DNA of 64,000 nucleotides from contig CAVRXB010000001.1 in assembly GCA_963724975.1 (NCBI GenBank), forward strand, positions 606,511-670,510, in the 5' to 3' direction. Every line of letters starts with the position of its first letter. The stretch's first letter is position 1. Positions 48,575 to 58,522 of the stretch are shown piece by piece. The notes under the pieces are model-generated. The model did no database searches. It saw only the letters and a list, made by a program, of their open reading frames with translations, and was not told the DNA's origin. Both the position numbers and the translations under genes were made by a program. The DNA comes from an uncultured beta proteobacterium (lineage in GTDB: Bacteria; Pseudomonadota; Gammaproteobacteria; Burkholderiales; Casimicrobiaceae).

Positions 48575-49129
48575 ATGCCCACGCTCACCCCATCCGCCGG
48601 CGCTCTCGGAACCGCCGCGCCGCCGTTCGATCTCCCCGGCACCGACGGCCGCCGTCACACGCTTGCGTCCGTTCGCGGCACAAACGGCACGGTCGTGATG
48701 TTCATTTGCAATCACTGTCCGTACGTTAAAGCGGTCCAGGACAAGATCGTGCGCGACATGCGCGAGCTTGCCGATCACGGTGTCGGAAGCGTGGCCATCA
48801 TGAGCAACGATCCGGCGGACTACCCCGACGATTCGTTCGACCACATGAAAGAACTGGCGGCGAAACTCGCGTTTCCGTTTCCCTATCTTCTGGATGAAAC
48901 GCAGGAAGTCGCGAAAGCGTACGGCGCGGTTTGCACACCCGATTTCTTCGGCTACGATCGCGACCTGAAGCTCGTCTACCGCGGACGCCTCGACAGCTCG
49001 GGCCGCTCACCCGATCCGGGCGCTCCGCGCGAATTGTTCGCGGCGATGACGGATGTGGCGCGCACCGGCCGCGCGCCCGCCGTGCAACATGCGGCGGTGG
49101 GCTGCTCGATCAAATGGAAACGCGGCTGA
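48575..49129 (+). CDS. thioredoxin-fold (redoxin) protein
   Basis: GAGGA RBS before ATG 48575. FICNHCPYV site. C-terminal VGCSIKW, as in the 34752 protein. Confidence 0.85.
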   Translation: MPTLTPSAGALGTAAPPFDLPGTDGRRHTLASVRGTNGTVVMFICNHCPYVKAVQDKIVRDMRELADHGVGSVAIMSNDPADYPDDSFDHMKELAAKLAFPFPYLLDETQEVAKAYGAVCTPDFFGYDRDLKLVYRGRLDSSGRSPDPGAPRELFAAMTDVARTGRAPAVQHAAVGCSIKWKRG

Positions 49130-49140
49130 CCCCTCTCGCC

Positions 49141-49929
49141 TCATAGAAACGCCCGCAGCGAATCGAGCACCGCGTCCGGCTCCTCGGCGGTCAGCGCGTG
49201 CCCGCTTCGACTGAGCGAGACGAGTTTCGGCTCCCGCAATGCCTGGGTCAGCGCCTCGGCGTTGCGCGGCGGCGCCATGATGTCGCGAGCGCCAATGACG
49301 ACGAGTACGGGGCAGCGGACCGCGGCGGCGGCGGCGAGGCCGTTCGCGTACGCGTGACACGCTTCGAGGTCGATCGCAAGAACATTCGGCCGCGAGCGCT
49401 CCATGAGGCGCAGCGCATTGCCGGTCATCCAGAATCCCGGCACCGCATTGCCGCCGAGCTGCCTGTTGGGGCTGAACGACCAGCCGTTGATAAGCTCGTA
49501 GGCGAGGTGTTCGTTCTGGCGTGCCGCGGCGAGCAGCTCGTCGCTCACCGTCATCGGCACGGCCGGCCCGAGCAGCGCGATTCGATCCACTCGCGCGCCG
49601 TTGCGCGCGGCCGCTTCGAGCACAGCGAGCGAACCCAGAGAGTGACCCACCAGCGCGGCGCGCTCAACATCGGCAGCGTCGAGAAGTGCGACGATCCAGT
49701 CTGCGATCTTCTCGACGGATGCCAGCGCTTCGCCCCCGGAACGACCATGGCCCGGCAAGTCGACGGCGAGGACGTTGTATCCATGGTGCGCGAAATAGCG
49801 CGACTGCCATGCCCAGACACAGTGGTCGTGCGCGGCGCCGTGGACAAACACAACGGTCGGCTGCGTGCCGACGAACATACACGAGCCGGTGTAGGCGTAG
49901 ACTTCGGAGCCGTCGACGACGAGCCGCAT
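49141..49929 (-). CDS. alpha/beta hydrolase
   Basis: VVFVHGAAHD, nucleophile elbow GHSLGS, and C-terminal SGHAL. Confidence 0.88.
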   Translation of the reverse strand: MRLVVDGSEVYAYTGSCMFVGTQPTVVFVHGAAHDHCVWAWQSRYFAHHGYNVLAVDLPGHGRSGGEALASVEKIADWIVALLDAADVERAALVGHSLGSLAVLEAAARNGARVDRIALLGPAVPMTVSDELLAAARQNEHLAYELINGWSFSPNRQLGGNAVPGFWMTGNALRLMERSRPNVLAIDLEACHAYANGLAAAAAVRCPVLVVIGARDIMAPPRNAEALTQALREPKLVSLSRSGHALTAEEPDAVLDSLRAFL

Positions 49930-49932
49930 GCG

Positions 49933-51240
49933 CTACGCTGCCTTGCCTGCGGCGTGCAGCGCCCGGCTCAGGTCTTCGATCAGGTCGTCCGCGTTCTCGA
50001 GGCCGACCGACAGACGGATCGTGCCCTCGGTGATTCCCGTTTTCGTGAGCTCCGCCGCCGACATCCTGAAATGTGTCGTGCTCGCCGGATGGATCACGAG
50101 CGATTTCGCGTCGCCCACATTGGCAAGATGCGAAAAGAGTTTCAATGACTCGATGAACTTGCGTCCCTGCGCGCGAGTTCCCGCCAGGTTGAAACTGACA
50201 ACCGCTCCGCAGCCCGCGGGCAGAAGCTTTTGCGCAAGCTCGTGATCCGGATGATCGGGAAGCTCCGGATACGCAACCCCCGCCACCAGTGCGTGCCGGG
50301 CGAGAAAGGCGACCGCCTTGCGCGTGTTTTCGACATGCCGCGCCATGCGCAGCGGCAGCGTTTCGATCCCCTGCAGGATCTGGAATGCGGTAAACGGCGC
50401 CATGCACGCGCCGAAGTCGCGAATGCCTTCGCGCCGAGCCCGCAGCAGAAAAGCGGCCGTTGTCGATTCCTCGCTGAACACCATGTCGTGAAAACCGCGA
50501 TAGCGTTCGGTCAGCGTTGGAAACTTCGCGCGCGAAGCCGGCGCGTTCCAGTCGAACCGTCCCGAATCGACCAACAAACCGCCGATGACGACACCATGCC
50601 CCGAAAGAAACTTGGTGGCGGAGTGAAAGACGAGATCCGCGCCATGCGCAAACGGCTGCATCAGAAACGGAGTGGTGAAAGTCGAGTCGACGAGCAGAGG
50701 CACGCCGTGCTCGTGCGCGAGATCGGCAACGCGCGGAATGTCGAGCACGTCGAGCCCCGGATTACCGAGCGTCTCGCCGAACAGCAGCCGCGTATTCGGC
50801 TGGATCGCGGCGCGCCACGCTCCAAGGTCGCGACCATCGACGAACGTCGTGTCGATGCCGAAGCGCGGCAGCGTATAATCGAGAAGATTGTGCGAGCCGC
50901 CGTAAAGCGCGCGGGACGCGACGATGTGCGACCCTGCCGAAAGGAGGGTTACGATCGCAAGATGCATCGCCGCCTGTCCGCTCGCCGTCGCGATCGCGCC
51001 AACGCCGCCTTCGAGCGCTGCAATGCGTTCCTCCAGCACGGCGCAGGTCGGGTTCGAGATGCGCGAATAAACGTGACCCGGGCGCTCCATAGCGAACAGC
51101 GCTGCAGCGTGATCGCCGTCCGGGAACACGAACGAAGCCGATTGGTAGATTGGCGTCGCGCGCGCACCCGTTGCGGGATCGGGCGCGGCGCCGGCATGCA
51201 GCGACAAAGTGTCGAAATGCGGGGCCCTGGGCTTGGCCAT
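49933..51240 (-). CDS. metY: O-acetylhomoserine aminocarboxypropyltransferase/cysteine synthase family PLP enzyme
   Basis: FDTLSLHAG, YSRISNPT, SATKFLSGHG (PLP Lys), 435 aa. Confidence 0.93.
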   Translation of the reverse strand: MAKPRAPHFDTLSLHAGAAPDPATGARATPIYQSASFVFPDGDHAAALFAMERPGHVYSRISNPTCAVLEERIAALEGGVGAIATASGQAAMHLAIVTLLSAGSHIVASRALYGGSHNLLDYTLPRFGIDTTFVDGRDLGAWRAAIQPNTRLLFGETLGNPGLDVLDIPRVADLAHEHGVPLLVDSTFTTPFLMQPFAHGADLVFHSATKFLSGHGVVIGGLLVDSGRFDWNAPASRAKFPTLTERYRGFHDMVFSEESTTAAFLLRARREGIRDFGACMAPFTAFQILQGIETLPLRMARHVENTRKAVAFLARHALVAGVAYPELPDHPDHELAQKLLPAGCGAVVSFNLAGTRAQGRKFIESLKLFSHLANVGDAKSLVIHPASTTHFRMSAAELTKTGITEGTIRLSVGLENADDLIEDLSRALHAAGKAA

Positions 51241-51391
51241 TGCGGAAACCTTGGAGAGAAGAGCTGAGAATGCGGGCTATGGTAGCGCAATGCACGACAC
51301 CTCGCCGTCGCCGTTCCGGCGAATGCGGGCGTGGATTAGACTTGCGTCTTTGCCGCCGGCACGATGCCGCGGCGATAAACCGGAGACACCC

Positions 51392-51823
51392 ATGAAACGC
51401 ACGGCATCCGCCCGTTGGCAAGGCAGCACGCAAGAGGGTAGCGGCACGCTGTCGGCGCAAAGCGGCACGCTGAAGGACACCCCCTACTCGTTCAAGGCGC
51501 GCTTCGGCGACGGCAAAGGCACGAACCCCGAGGAGCTTATCGCCGCGGCGCACGCAGGCTGCTTCACGATGGCGGTCTCGTTCATGTTGAACAACGCAGG
51601 CTTCACCGCCGAGGTTATCGATAGTGAAGCGGTGCTGACGATGGACACGGTCGACGGCAAGCCGACGATCACGGCGGTGCATCTCACCACGCGCGCCCGC
51701 GTACCCGGCATCGACGCCGCGAAGTTCGCTGAAATCGCGTCGGGCGCGAAGTCAGGTTGCGTCGTCTCGCGCGCGCTTTCGCCCTCGATCACCGTCACGC
51801 TGGACGCAGCGCTCGCGTCCTGA
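51392..51823 (+). CDS. osmC: OsmC family peroxiredoxin
   Basis: GGAGA RBS before ATG 51392. GTNPEELIAAAHAGCF and SGCVVS (two conserved Cys). Confidence 0.9.
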   Translation: MKRTASARWQGSTQEGSGTLSAQSGTLKDTPYSFKARFGDGKGTNPEELIAAAHAGCFTMAVSFMLNNAGFTAEVIDSEAVLTMDTVDGKPTITAVHLTTRARVPGIDAAKFAEIASGAKSGCVVSRALSPSITVTLDAALAS

Positions 51824-51836
51824 GCAGCGCACGAGC

Positions 51837-52928
51837 ATGGCAGGCCCGGCGACGCCGCAGAAAGGACGCGGCGCGACCTTCAATCCGGAAAACCGGTTTC
51901 GCCGCGAGCAGCGCGAACCGGTCGATGACGGGTGGAGCGACGCACGTGATGACGCCCGCGACGACGAAACGCCGCCGGCGGTCAAGACAGTCGTGCGCAT
52001 CCAGCAGGCTCGTACGATCATCGCGCGTAACGATTCGCCGGACATACCGTTCAACCAGTCGATCAATCCGTACCAAGGTTGCGAGCACGGCTGCATCTAC
52101 TGCTATGCGCGGCCGTCGCATGCGTATCTTGATCTCTCCCCGGGGATCGACTTCGAGACGAAACTGTTCGCAAAACCGGATGCGGCGGACCTTCTGCGCG
52201 CCGAGCTTTCTCGGCCTGGCTACGTCTGCGACCCGATCGCCCTCGGCACGAACACCGATCCATATCAGCCGATCGAGCGCGAATGGAAGGTGACACGCAG
52301 CATCATCGAGGTGCTTTCGTCCTGCGATCACCCGATGACCATCACGACCAAAGGCGCATGCGTCGTGCGCGACATCGACCTGCTCGCCCCGATGGCGGAA
52401 AAGAACCTCGTCCGCGTGTTCATCTCCATTCCCATGCTCGACCGCGAGCTCGCCCGTAAGCTCGACCCGCGCGCGGCGGCGCCGCAGCGCAGGTTGGAGA
52501 TCGTCAAGGAGCTCGCAACGGCGGGCATTCCCGTCGGCGTCAATGTCGCGCCGGTCATTCCGCAGCTCACCGACAAGGACATGGAATCGATCCTCGAAGC
52601 CGCTGCCGCCGCTGGCGCGACGCATGCAGGTCACATCCTGCTGCGGCTGCCGCGCGAGGTGGCGCCGCTGTTTCGCGCATGGCTCGACGCGCACTACCCG
52701 ATGCGGGCTGCGCACGTGATGAGCATCGTGCAAGACATTCGGGGCGGGCGGGACAACGATCCGCGCTTCGGGTTCCGCATGCATGGCCAGGGACAATACG
52801 CAGAGCTCATCAGGAAGCGATTCGAGATTGCCTGCAGGCGCCTGGGGCTCAACGCGAAGCGCAACGTGCCGCTCGACACGACGCTATTCCGGCCGCCGCG
52901 CATCGTGGATCAGCTCGGCCTGTTCTGA
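51837..52928 (+). CDS. PA0069-family radical SAM protein
   Basis: GRGATFNPENRF N-terminus and CEHGCIYC (Cx3Cx2C). Confidence 0.88.
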   Translation: MAGPATPQKGRGATFNPENRFRREQREPVDDGWSDARDDARDDETPPAVKTVVRIQQARTIIARNDSPDIPFNQSINPYQGCEHGCIYCYARPSHAYLDLSPGIDFETKLFAKPDAADLLRAELSRPGYVCDPIALGTNTDPYQPIEREWKVTRSIIEVLSSCDHPMTITTKGACVVRDIDLLAPMAEKNLVRVFISIPMLDRELARKLDPRAAAPQRRLEIVKELATAGIPVGVNVAPVIPQLTDKDMESILEAAAAAGATHAGHILLRLPREVAPLFRAWLDAHYPMRAAHVMSIVQDIRGGRDNDPRFGFRMHGQGQYAELIRKRFEIACRRLGLNAKRNVPLDTTLFRPPRIVDQLGLF

Positions 52929-52961
52929 CCGCGCTCGCTGCACTGCACCGCAGGACTCGAC

Positions 52962-53609
52962 ATGACGACTGTGACTGACCGCCTCGCGGGCTGCTACACC
53001 GGTGCCGTGCACGACGTGCTGCGGATGATGGACTACGAGCGCATCGCATTGCCCCCCGACATCAAGGCAATTGCGCCCGGCATGAAGCTCGCAGGCCCGG
53101 TGTGGACGGTCTCCGGGCATATCGACCGGACGAAGACGCGCGACGAGACGCTGCTCGGCTGGTGCACGCTCCTTGCGAAAGCGCCTGCCGGTCACGTCGT
53201 GGTCTGTCAACCGCACAACCATGATATCGCGCTGATGGGTGAACTCTCTGCGCAGACGCTCGCTGCGCGCGGTGTGCTGGGATTTGTCGTCGACGGCGGT
53301 TCGCGCGACACCGATCTCATCCTCGCTCAGGGTTTCCCGGTGTTCTGCTCGTTTCTCACACCATCAGATGTCGTCGCACGATGGATTCCCGACCGTTACG
53401 GGGAACCGGTGACGATTGGAGAAGTGACGATCAGCACAGGCGACTATCTGCTCGGCGATCGCGACGGCGTCGTGATCATTCCTCGAGCGATCGTCGAGGA
53501 TGTCGTGACGAGAACCGAAGAAGTCGTCGCGACCGAAAGCGAAATGCGTGCCGCGCTAATTGGGGGCATGGATCCGGTCGAGGCCTACAACCGCTATGGG
53601 AAGTTCTAA
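52962..53609 (+). CDS. RraA family protein (RraA / HMG-CHA aldolase-like)
   Basis: ALMGELSA..A..GV.GFVVDGGSRD and GD.L.GD.DGVVIIP. Confidence 0.85.
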   Translation: MTTVTDRLAGCYTGAVHDVLRMMDYERIALPPDIKAIAPGMKLAGPVWTVSGHIDRTKTRDETLLGWCTLLAKAPAGHVVVCQPHNHDIALMGELSAQTLAARGVLGFVVDGGSRDTDLILAQGFPVFCSFLTPSDVVARWIPDRYGEPVTIGEVTISTGDYLLGDRDGVVIIPRAIVEDVVTRTEEVVATESEMRAALIGGMDPVEAYNRYGKF

Positions 53610-53635
53610 AGCCTTCGGTCGCGACGGTACACGGC

Positions 53636-53935
53636 ATGGCTGCTGACGCCAACGCGCCGGCACTCATGCGACTCTCGCCCCGCGACAACATCGCCGTCGC
53701 GCTGCGATCACTCAAAGCCGGCGAATCGGTCATGCTCGACGGCGTTGCGCTGACGGTGGAGCGCAATACCCCGGTGGGGCACAAGCTTGCGGCGCAAACG
53801 ATTGCCACCGGCGACATCATCCTGAAATACAGCTGCCCCATCGGCGTCGCGAAGCAGTCGATTGCACCCGGCGAATACATCGACAAGCGTAATGTCGATG
53901 TGAGCTACCTTCCCACGTATACGCCCGTGCGCTAG
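53636..53935 (+). CDS. SAF-domain protein (UxaA N-terminal small subunit-like), orphan
   Basis: 99-aa 3' part of ORF 53381..53935 from ATG 53636. PRDNIAVALRSLKAGE...PVGHKLA...I..G..ILKY. No UxaA large subunit follows. Confidence 0.65.
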   Translation: MAADANAPALMRLSPRDNIAVALRSLKAGESVMLDGVALTVERNTPVGHKLAAQTIATGDIILKYSCPIGVAKQSIAPGEYIDKRNVDVSYLPTYTPVR

Positions 53936-54088
53936 CGGCCTCGCTCCCATGGAGTGCGCCGTCTGAATTCCCGACAGGCGTGTTGAAGCGGGCCCCACGT
54001 CGTTGACCCTCGCGGGACGCTGGCGTAGATTGGCTTGCGCACCGAAGACTAGGATTCGGATCAACGCATTTGCCCTGGGGAGGACAAG

Positions 54089-54301
54089 ATGAGCGGCACA
54101 AAAATACTCGGGGTCATCCTCGTGGTCGCCGGCCTGCTGGGCCTCGTCTACGGCCATTTCGAATACACGAAGGAAACGCACCAGGGGCAGATCGGACCAC
54201 TCAAGTTCTCGATCGCCGAAAAGGAAACTGCGGTCATTCCGAGCTGGGCGAGCCTTGCGGTGATCGTCGCGGGTGTCGTATTACTCGTTGCGCGCAAATA
54301 G
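54089..54301 (+). CDS. small two-TM membrane protein (DUF3185-like)
   Basis: GGAGGA RBS. 70 aa with two hydrophobic helices flanking a polar loop. Confidence 0.7.
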   Translation: MSGTKILGVILVVAGLLGLVYGHFEYTKETHQGQIGPLKFSIAEKETAVIPSWASLAVIVAGVVLLVARK

Positions 54302-54357
54302 CCCTCTCCGTGTCCCAATCTCCCTGTCGTGCGAATTCGGTGCTGAAGGAGGAACTC

Positions 54358-55332
54358 GTGTCGCGAATCGCGCTCGCTTTGTCGTTCTTCATCGTTACGC
54401 TCGCGGCCTTCCCGTCGCCCCTTTGGGCGCAGACCTATCCGGCGCGGCCGATCCGCATCATCGTCCCGTATCCGCCCGGCGGAACCTCCGACATCCTCGC
54501 GCGATCGCTCGGTGAAAAGCTCACCGGCGCGCTTGGCCAGCCGGTGCTCGTCGAAAACAAGCCGGGTGCGAACGGCAATGTCGGCGCCGATTTCGTCGCA
54601 AAGTCGGCACCCGACGGATACACGTTGCTGCTCGCCGATATCGGAGCGCTGGCGATAAGTCCGAGCGTCTATTCGACGTTGCCGTTCGATCCGGTGCGCG
54701 ATTTTGGGCCGGTAACGATGGTCGCGTATTCGCCGCACATCCTGGTCGTCAATCCGGCCGTTGCGGCCAATTCGGTGCAGGAGCTGGTGACACTCGCCAA
54801 AGCCAAGCCGGGCAAGATCAATTTCGCGATCTCCGGCGTTGGCGGCGCGCCGCACCTCGCGGGCGTGGAATTCGCGCAGCGCACCGGCGTCAAATGGGAA
54901 TACATTCCGTACAAGGGCGGAGCACAGGCAATCGCCGACGTCGCCGGAGGACAGGCCGACGTCACGCTGAACGGAATGCTCGCCACCTATCCGCTCGTCA
55001 AGGGCGGCAGGCTCAAGCTGCTCGCGGTGTCGAGCGCCCGAAGGATGAGCGCGATCCCGGACGTTCCGACGATCGCGGAATCCGGCTTGCCGGGCTTTGA
55101 GACGGGGTCATGGCAAGGCGTCGTCGCGCCGGTGGGGACGCCGCCCGACGTCGTCGCGCGCCTCAACGGTGAGATCGGCCGCATTCTTGCGGCGCCCGAG
55201 ATGCGCGACAAGCTCGGCAACCAGGGTGCAGAAGTGCGCATCAATTCGCCGGACGAGTTTGCCACTTTCATCCGCACCGAAAAGGCCCGCTGGGCGAAGG
55301 TGGTGAAGGAAGCGGACGTCAAAGTCGAGTAG
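54358..55332 (+). CDS. tripartite tricarboxylate transporter substrate-binding protein (Bug/TctC family)
   Basis: AAGGAGGA RBS before GTG 54358. Signal peptide. YPARPIRIIVPYPPGGTSD and ENKPGANG. No tctAB adjacent. Confidence 0.9.
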   Translation: MSRIALALSFFIVTLAAFPSPLWAQTYPARPIRIIVPYPPGGTSDILARSLGEKLTGALGQPVLVENKPGANGNVGADFVAKSAPDGYTLLLADIGALAISPSVYSTLPFDPVRDFGPVTMVAYSPHILVVNPAVAANSVQELVTLAKAKPGKINFAISGVGGAPHLAGVEFAQRTGVKWEYIPYKGGAQAIADVAGGQADVTLNGMLATYPLVKGGRLKLLAVSSARRMSAIPDVPTIAESGLPGFETGSWQGVVAPVGTPPDVVARLNGEIGRILAAPEMRDKLGNQGAEVRINSPDEFATFIRTEKARWAKVVKEADVKVE

Positions 55333-55341
55333 GCTCGCCCG

Positions 55342-56304
55342 ATGGACGATGGAAATACTTCGCCGACGACTTCTTCCAGCGCGGGCCCGTGGCCCCCCCT
55401 GCCCTATCTGGAATGGAGAGCGACGTACGAAACGCTCCACATGTGGACGCAGGTTGTCGGGAAAATAAGGCTCGTCCAGACGCCCTGGATCAACCACTCG
55501 TGGCATACGCCGTTTTATGTGACGTCGCGCGGCATCACCACCTCTCCCATCCCCCACGGGGCGCGAACGTTTCAAATCGAATTCGATTTCATCGATCACC
55601 GCCTGCTGATCGAGACCAGCGCCGGCGCGGCGAGCGCGATGCCGCTTCGCTCCCGCTCGGTCGCCGACTTTTATGCAGAGCTATTTGCACGATTGGCTGA
55701 GCTGGGCGTCGGCGTAAGGATCCACACGACACCCTGCGAAGTGGTCGATGCGATCCCGTTCGAGCAAGACGCCGCGCACGCGACCTACACCCCCGAGCAC
55801 GCCAACCGATTTTTTCGCGCGCTGGCTCAGGCTGACCGCGTGTTGAAGGCGTTCCGCGCCCGCTTCATCGGCAAGTGCAGCCCCGTGCATTTTTTCTGGG
55901 GGAGCTTCGACCTTGCCTGCACTCGCTTTTCGGGGCGGAAGGCACCGGTGCACCCGGGCGGCGTCCCAAATTTGGCAGACTGGGTGGTGCGCGAGGCCTA
56001 CTCGCACGAAGTTTCGAGCTGCGGGTTCTGGCCGGGAAACGTGCAGTTGCCACAGCCGGCTTTCTATTCGTACGCATATCCCGAGCCTCGAGGTTTTCGC
56101 ACGGCGAAGGTTCAGCCCGACGGCGCCGGCTACAGCACGGAACTTGGGGAGTTCATCCTTCCCTACGACGTCGTCCGGCAATCGGCGGCGCCCGACACGA
56201 CGCTGCTCGAATTCCTGCAAAGCAGCTACGAGGCGGCGGCCGACTTTGGTGCGTGGGACCGCGCGGCGCTCGAACGCGCGGAAATACCGCGTTCGCCCGC
56301 CTGA
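55342..56304 (+). CDS. DUF5996-like conserved hypothetical protein
   Basis: Clean 320-aa ORF 10 nt after tctC. The family name is from memory of the YETLHMWTQVVGKIRL / FFWGSFDLA pattern. Confidence 0.7.
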   Translation: MDDGNTSPTTSSSAGPWPPLPYLEWRATYETLHMWTQVVGKIRLVQTPWINHSWHTPFYVTSRGITTSPIPHGARTFQIEFDFIDHRLLIETSAGAASAMPLRSRSVADFYAELFARLAELGVGVRIHTTPCEVVDAIPFEQDAAHATYTPEHANRFFRALAQADRVLKAFRARFIGKCSPVHFFWGSFDLACTRFSGRKAPVHPGGVPNLADWVVREAYSHEVSSCGFWPGNVQLPQPAFYSYAYPEPRGFRTAKVQPDGAGYSTELGEFILPYDVVRQSAAPDTTLLEFLQSSYEAAADFGAWDRAALERAEIPRSPA

Positions 56305-56315
56305 GGAGCCTCGAC

Positions 56316-56678
56316 ATGGGTAGCCGGGCCATGCGGAAATACCTCGGCAGCTGTCATTGCGGCGCGGTCACCTTCGAGATCGAGACTGATTTTCCCGAGC
56401 TCACCACGTGCGACTGCTCTATTTGCCGGCGCAAGAACGCGCTGATGGTGAAAGTCCATGAACGTCAATTCACGCTGCTGACCGGCAGCGAAGCCCTCAC
56501 CGAATACCGGTTCCACACGATGACGGCGCGCCATTTCTTCTGCCGCATCTGCGGCATCTATCCGTTCCATCGCAAGCGCGTCACGCCCGACTTTCTCGGC
56601 ATCAATGTCTATTGCCTGGAGGATTTCGACCCGGCGGGCATTCCCGTTCGACCGACCGTTGGCGCTACAATGAAATAA
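56316..56678 (+). CDS. GFA (glutathione-dependent formaldehyde-activating / CENP-V) family protein
   Basis: GSCHCG..., CDCSIC and FCRICG cysteine motifs. GAGGAG RBS. Confidence 0.85.
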   Translation: MGSRAMRKYLGSCHCGAVTFEIETDFPELTTCDCSICRRKNALMVKVHERQFTLLTGSEALTEYRFHTMTARHFFCRICGIYPFHRKRVTPDFLGINVYCLEDFDPAGIPVRPTVGATMK

Positions 56679-56723
56679 GTGGGTGCCGCCCGCGAGTTGC
56701 ATTTACAACCAGGGAGAATCGAT

Positions 56724-57095
56724 TTGGCAGTCGTCCGCTATCTCGTCGCCGATGTCGACGCGGCGATCGCGTTCTACACCGGCACGCTCGGCTTCGAGCT
56801 GGTCGAAAAGTGGGGTCCGCCGTTCGCGATGGTGAAACGCGGCGATCTCACGCTCTGGCTGAGCGCACCCGGCAGCTCGGCAGCGCGTCCGCTTGCCGAC
56901 GGCTCGCGGCCCGTACCGGGCGGCTGGAATCGATTGGTCCTCGAGACGAACGACATTGTCGCGCTGGTTGAAAAGGTCGGGCGATCGGGCGCGCGGTTAC
57001 GCAGCGGGATCGTTACCGGCCCCGGCGGAAAACAGGTTCTGGTCGACGACCCCTCGGGTAATCCCGTCGAGTTGTTCGAACCAAGCGCAGAGTGA
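56724..57095 (+). CDS. VOC (glyoxalase/bleomycin-resistance) family protein
   Basis: GGGAGA RBS before TTG 56724. FYTGTLGFEL...DPSGNPVELFEP. Confidence 0.8.
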   Translation: MAVVRYLVADVDAAIAFYTGTLGFELVEKWGPPFAMVKRGDLTLWLSAPGSSAARPLADGSRPVPGGWNRLVLETNDIVALVEKVGRSGARLRSGIVTGPGGKQVLVDDPSGNPVELFEPSAE

Positions 57096-57862
57096 GCACG
57101 GCAGATACGGCATCGTTCTACGACGAGCTTGCTCCGTTCTACCACCTCCTTTACGGCGATTGGGAGCAATCCATCGTCCGTCAGGGCGCGGCGCTAGCGG
57201 CGCTGCTCCGGGATCGCGGGATCGATGCCGACGCACCAGTGCACGATGCTGCCAGCGGCATCGGCACCCAGACTGTCGGGCTTCTGCAACACGGCTACCG
57301 TGTATCGGCGTCGGACATCTCGCCCGGCGCGATCGAACGATTGCAAATCGAAGTCGCGCGCCGGGGACTATCGACTAATGCGAGAGTCGACGATCTCCGC
57401 ACGCTCGAGCATGTCGCGTCCGCGTCGGTGCAAGTGGTCCTGGCTTGCGACAACTCGATTCCGCACTTATTGTCGGACGCGGAGATCCTGTCCGCGTTCA
57501 AGTCTTGTTACCGCTGTCTTCGGCCGGGCGGCATCGCGGTGTTTTCGGTTCGTGATTACGCAAACATCGAACGCAGGAACCCGGATGTCCGGCCGTACGG
57601 AATGCACCGCGAGGACGGCCGCCGTGTGCTCGCCGTGCAGGTGTGGGAATGGGACGGCGATCAGTACGACCTCCGCCTGTATCTCACCTCCGAATCAAAT
57701 GCGGGCGCGTGCGAGACCCGCGTGCTCAAAAGTCGCTACTACGCCGTGTCGATCGTAAAGCTTCTTGCGCTCATGACGGCGGCCGGTTTCGTCGACGTCG
57801 AGCGTCGCGAGGACGTTCTCTTCCAGCCGCTCGTCCTCGGCCGCCGCGCGAATGGCCCTTGA
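57092..57862 (+). CDS. class I SAM-dependent methyltransferase
   Basis: GTG start overlaps the VOC stop. VHDAASGIGTQ (motif I), SDISP, LRPGGIAVF. Confidence 0.85.
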   Translation: MSTADTASFYDELAPFYHLLYGDWEQSIVRQGAALAALLRDRGIDADAPVHDAASGIGTQTVGLLQHGYRVSASDISPGAIERLQIEVARRGLSTNARVDDLRTLEHVASASVQVVLACDNSIPHLLSDAEILSAFKSCYRCLRPGGIAVFSVRDYANIERRNPDVRPYGMHREDGRRVLAVQVWEWDGDQYDLRLYLTSESNAGACETRVLKSRYYAVSIVKLLALMTAAGFVDVERREDVLFQPLVLGRRANGP

Positions 57863-58508
57863 ACGAGCCTCCCGGCATGAGCTTTCGCCGGCCGATCTCG
57901 AGCGGATTTCGGCGGCGACGCTCGAGCATTACGCCGCGCGCGCAGAGGCGTTTCGCGACGGCACGCGCGACCACGACGTGCAGCAGAACATCGACGCGCT
58001 GCTGGGGCACATCGACGTTTCACCGCCGTTTCGCATCCTCGATTTCGGCTGCGGTCCCGGGCGGGATCTCGCGGCCTTCGCCGGGCTCGGCCATCTTGCC
58101 ATCGGACTGGAAGGTGCCGCCCCGTTCGCGGCAATGGCGCGTGCAGCTACCGGCTGCGACGTGTGGGAACAGGACTTCCTGAAGCTCGATCTGCCTGCGG
58201 AACGCTTCGACGGCATCTTTGCCAACGCCGCGTTGTTTCACGTGCCGGCTCAGGAATTGCCGCGGGTGCTGGGCGAACTCCACGCAACGTTGAAGCCGGG
58301 AGGTGTGCTTTTCAGCTCGAATCCGCACGGCGACAACAGCGAGGGCTGGAATCGCGGCCGCTACGGTGCGTACCACGACCTCGAGACGTGGATGCGCTAT
58401 CTCAGGAGCGCGGGATTCGTCCCGCTGACACACTATTACCGTCCCGCCGGATTGCCGCGTGCGCAGCAGCCGTGGCTCGCGAGCGTCGCGCGGAAGCCGC
58501 TCGCGTAA
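57852..58508 (+). CDS. class I SAM-dependent methyltransferase
   Basis: ILDFGCGPGRD (motif I), DGIFANAALFH, LKPGGVLF. Confidence 0.87.
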   Translation: MALERASRHELSPADLERISAATLEHYAARAEAFRDGTRDHDVQQNIDALLGHIDVSPPFRILDFGCGPGRDLAAFAGLGHLAIGLEGAAPFAAMARAATGCDVWEQDFLKLDLPAERFDGIFANAALFHVPAQELPRVLGELHATLKPGGVLFSSNPHGDNSEGWNRGRYGAYHDLETWMRYLRSAGFVPLTHYYRPAGLPRAQQPWLASVARKPLA

Positions 58509-58522
58509 CGGCATTCCCGAGG

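Noticed and set aside
51241-51391. SAM-type riboswitch in the metY leader
   Set aside because: I recognised no SAM-II, SAM-SAH or SAH consensus elements. The region is shared with the divergent osmC promoter.
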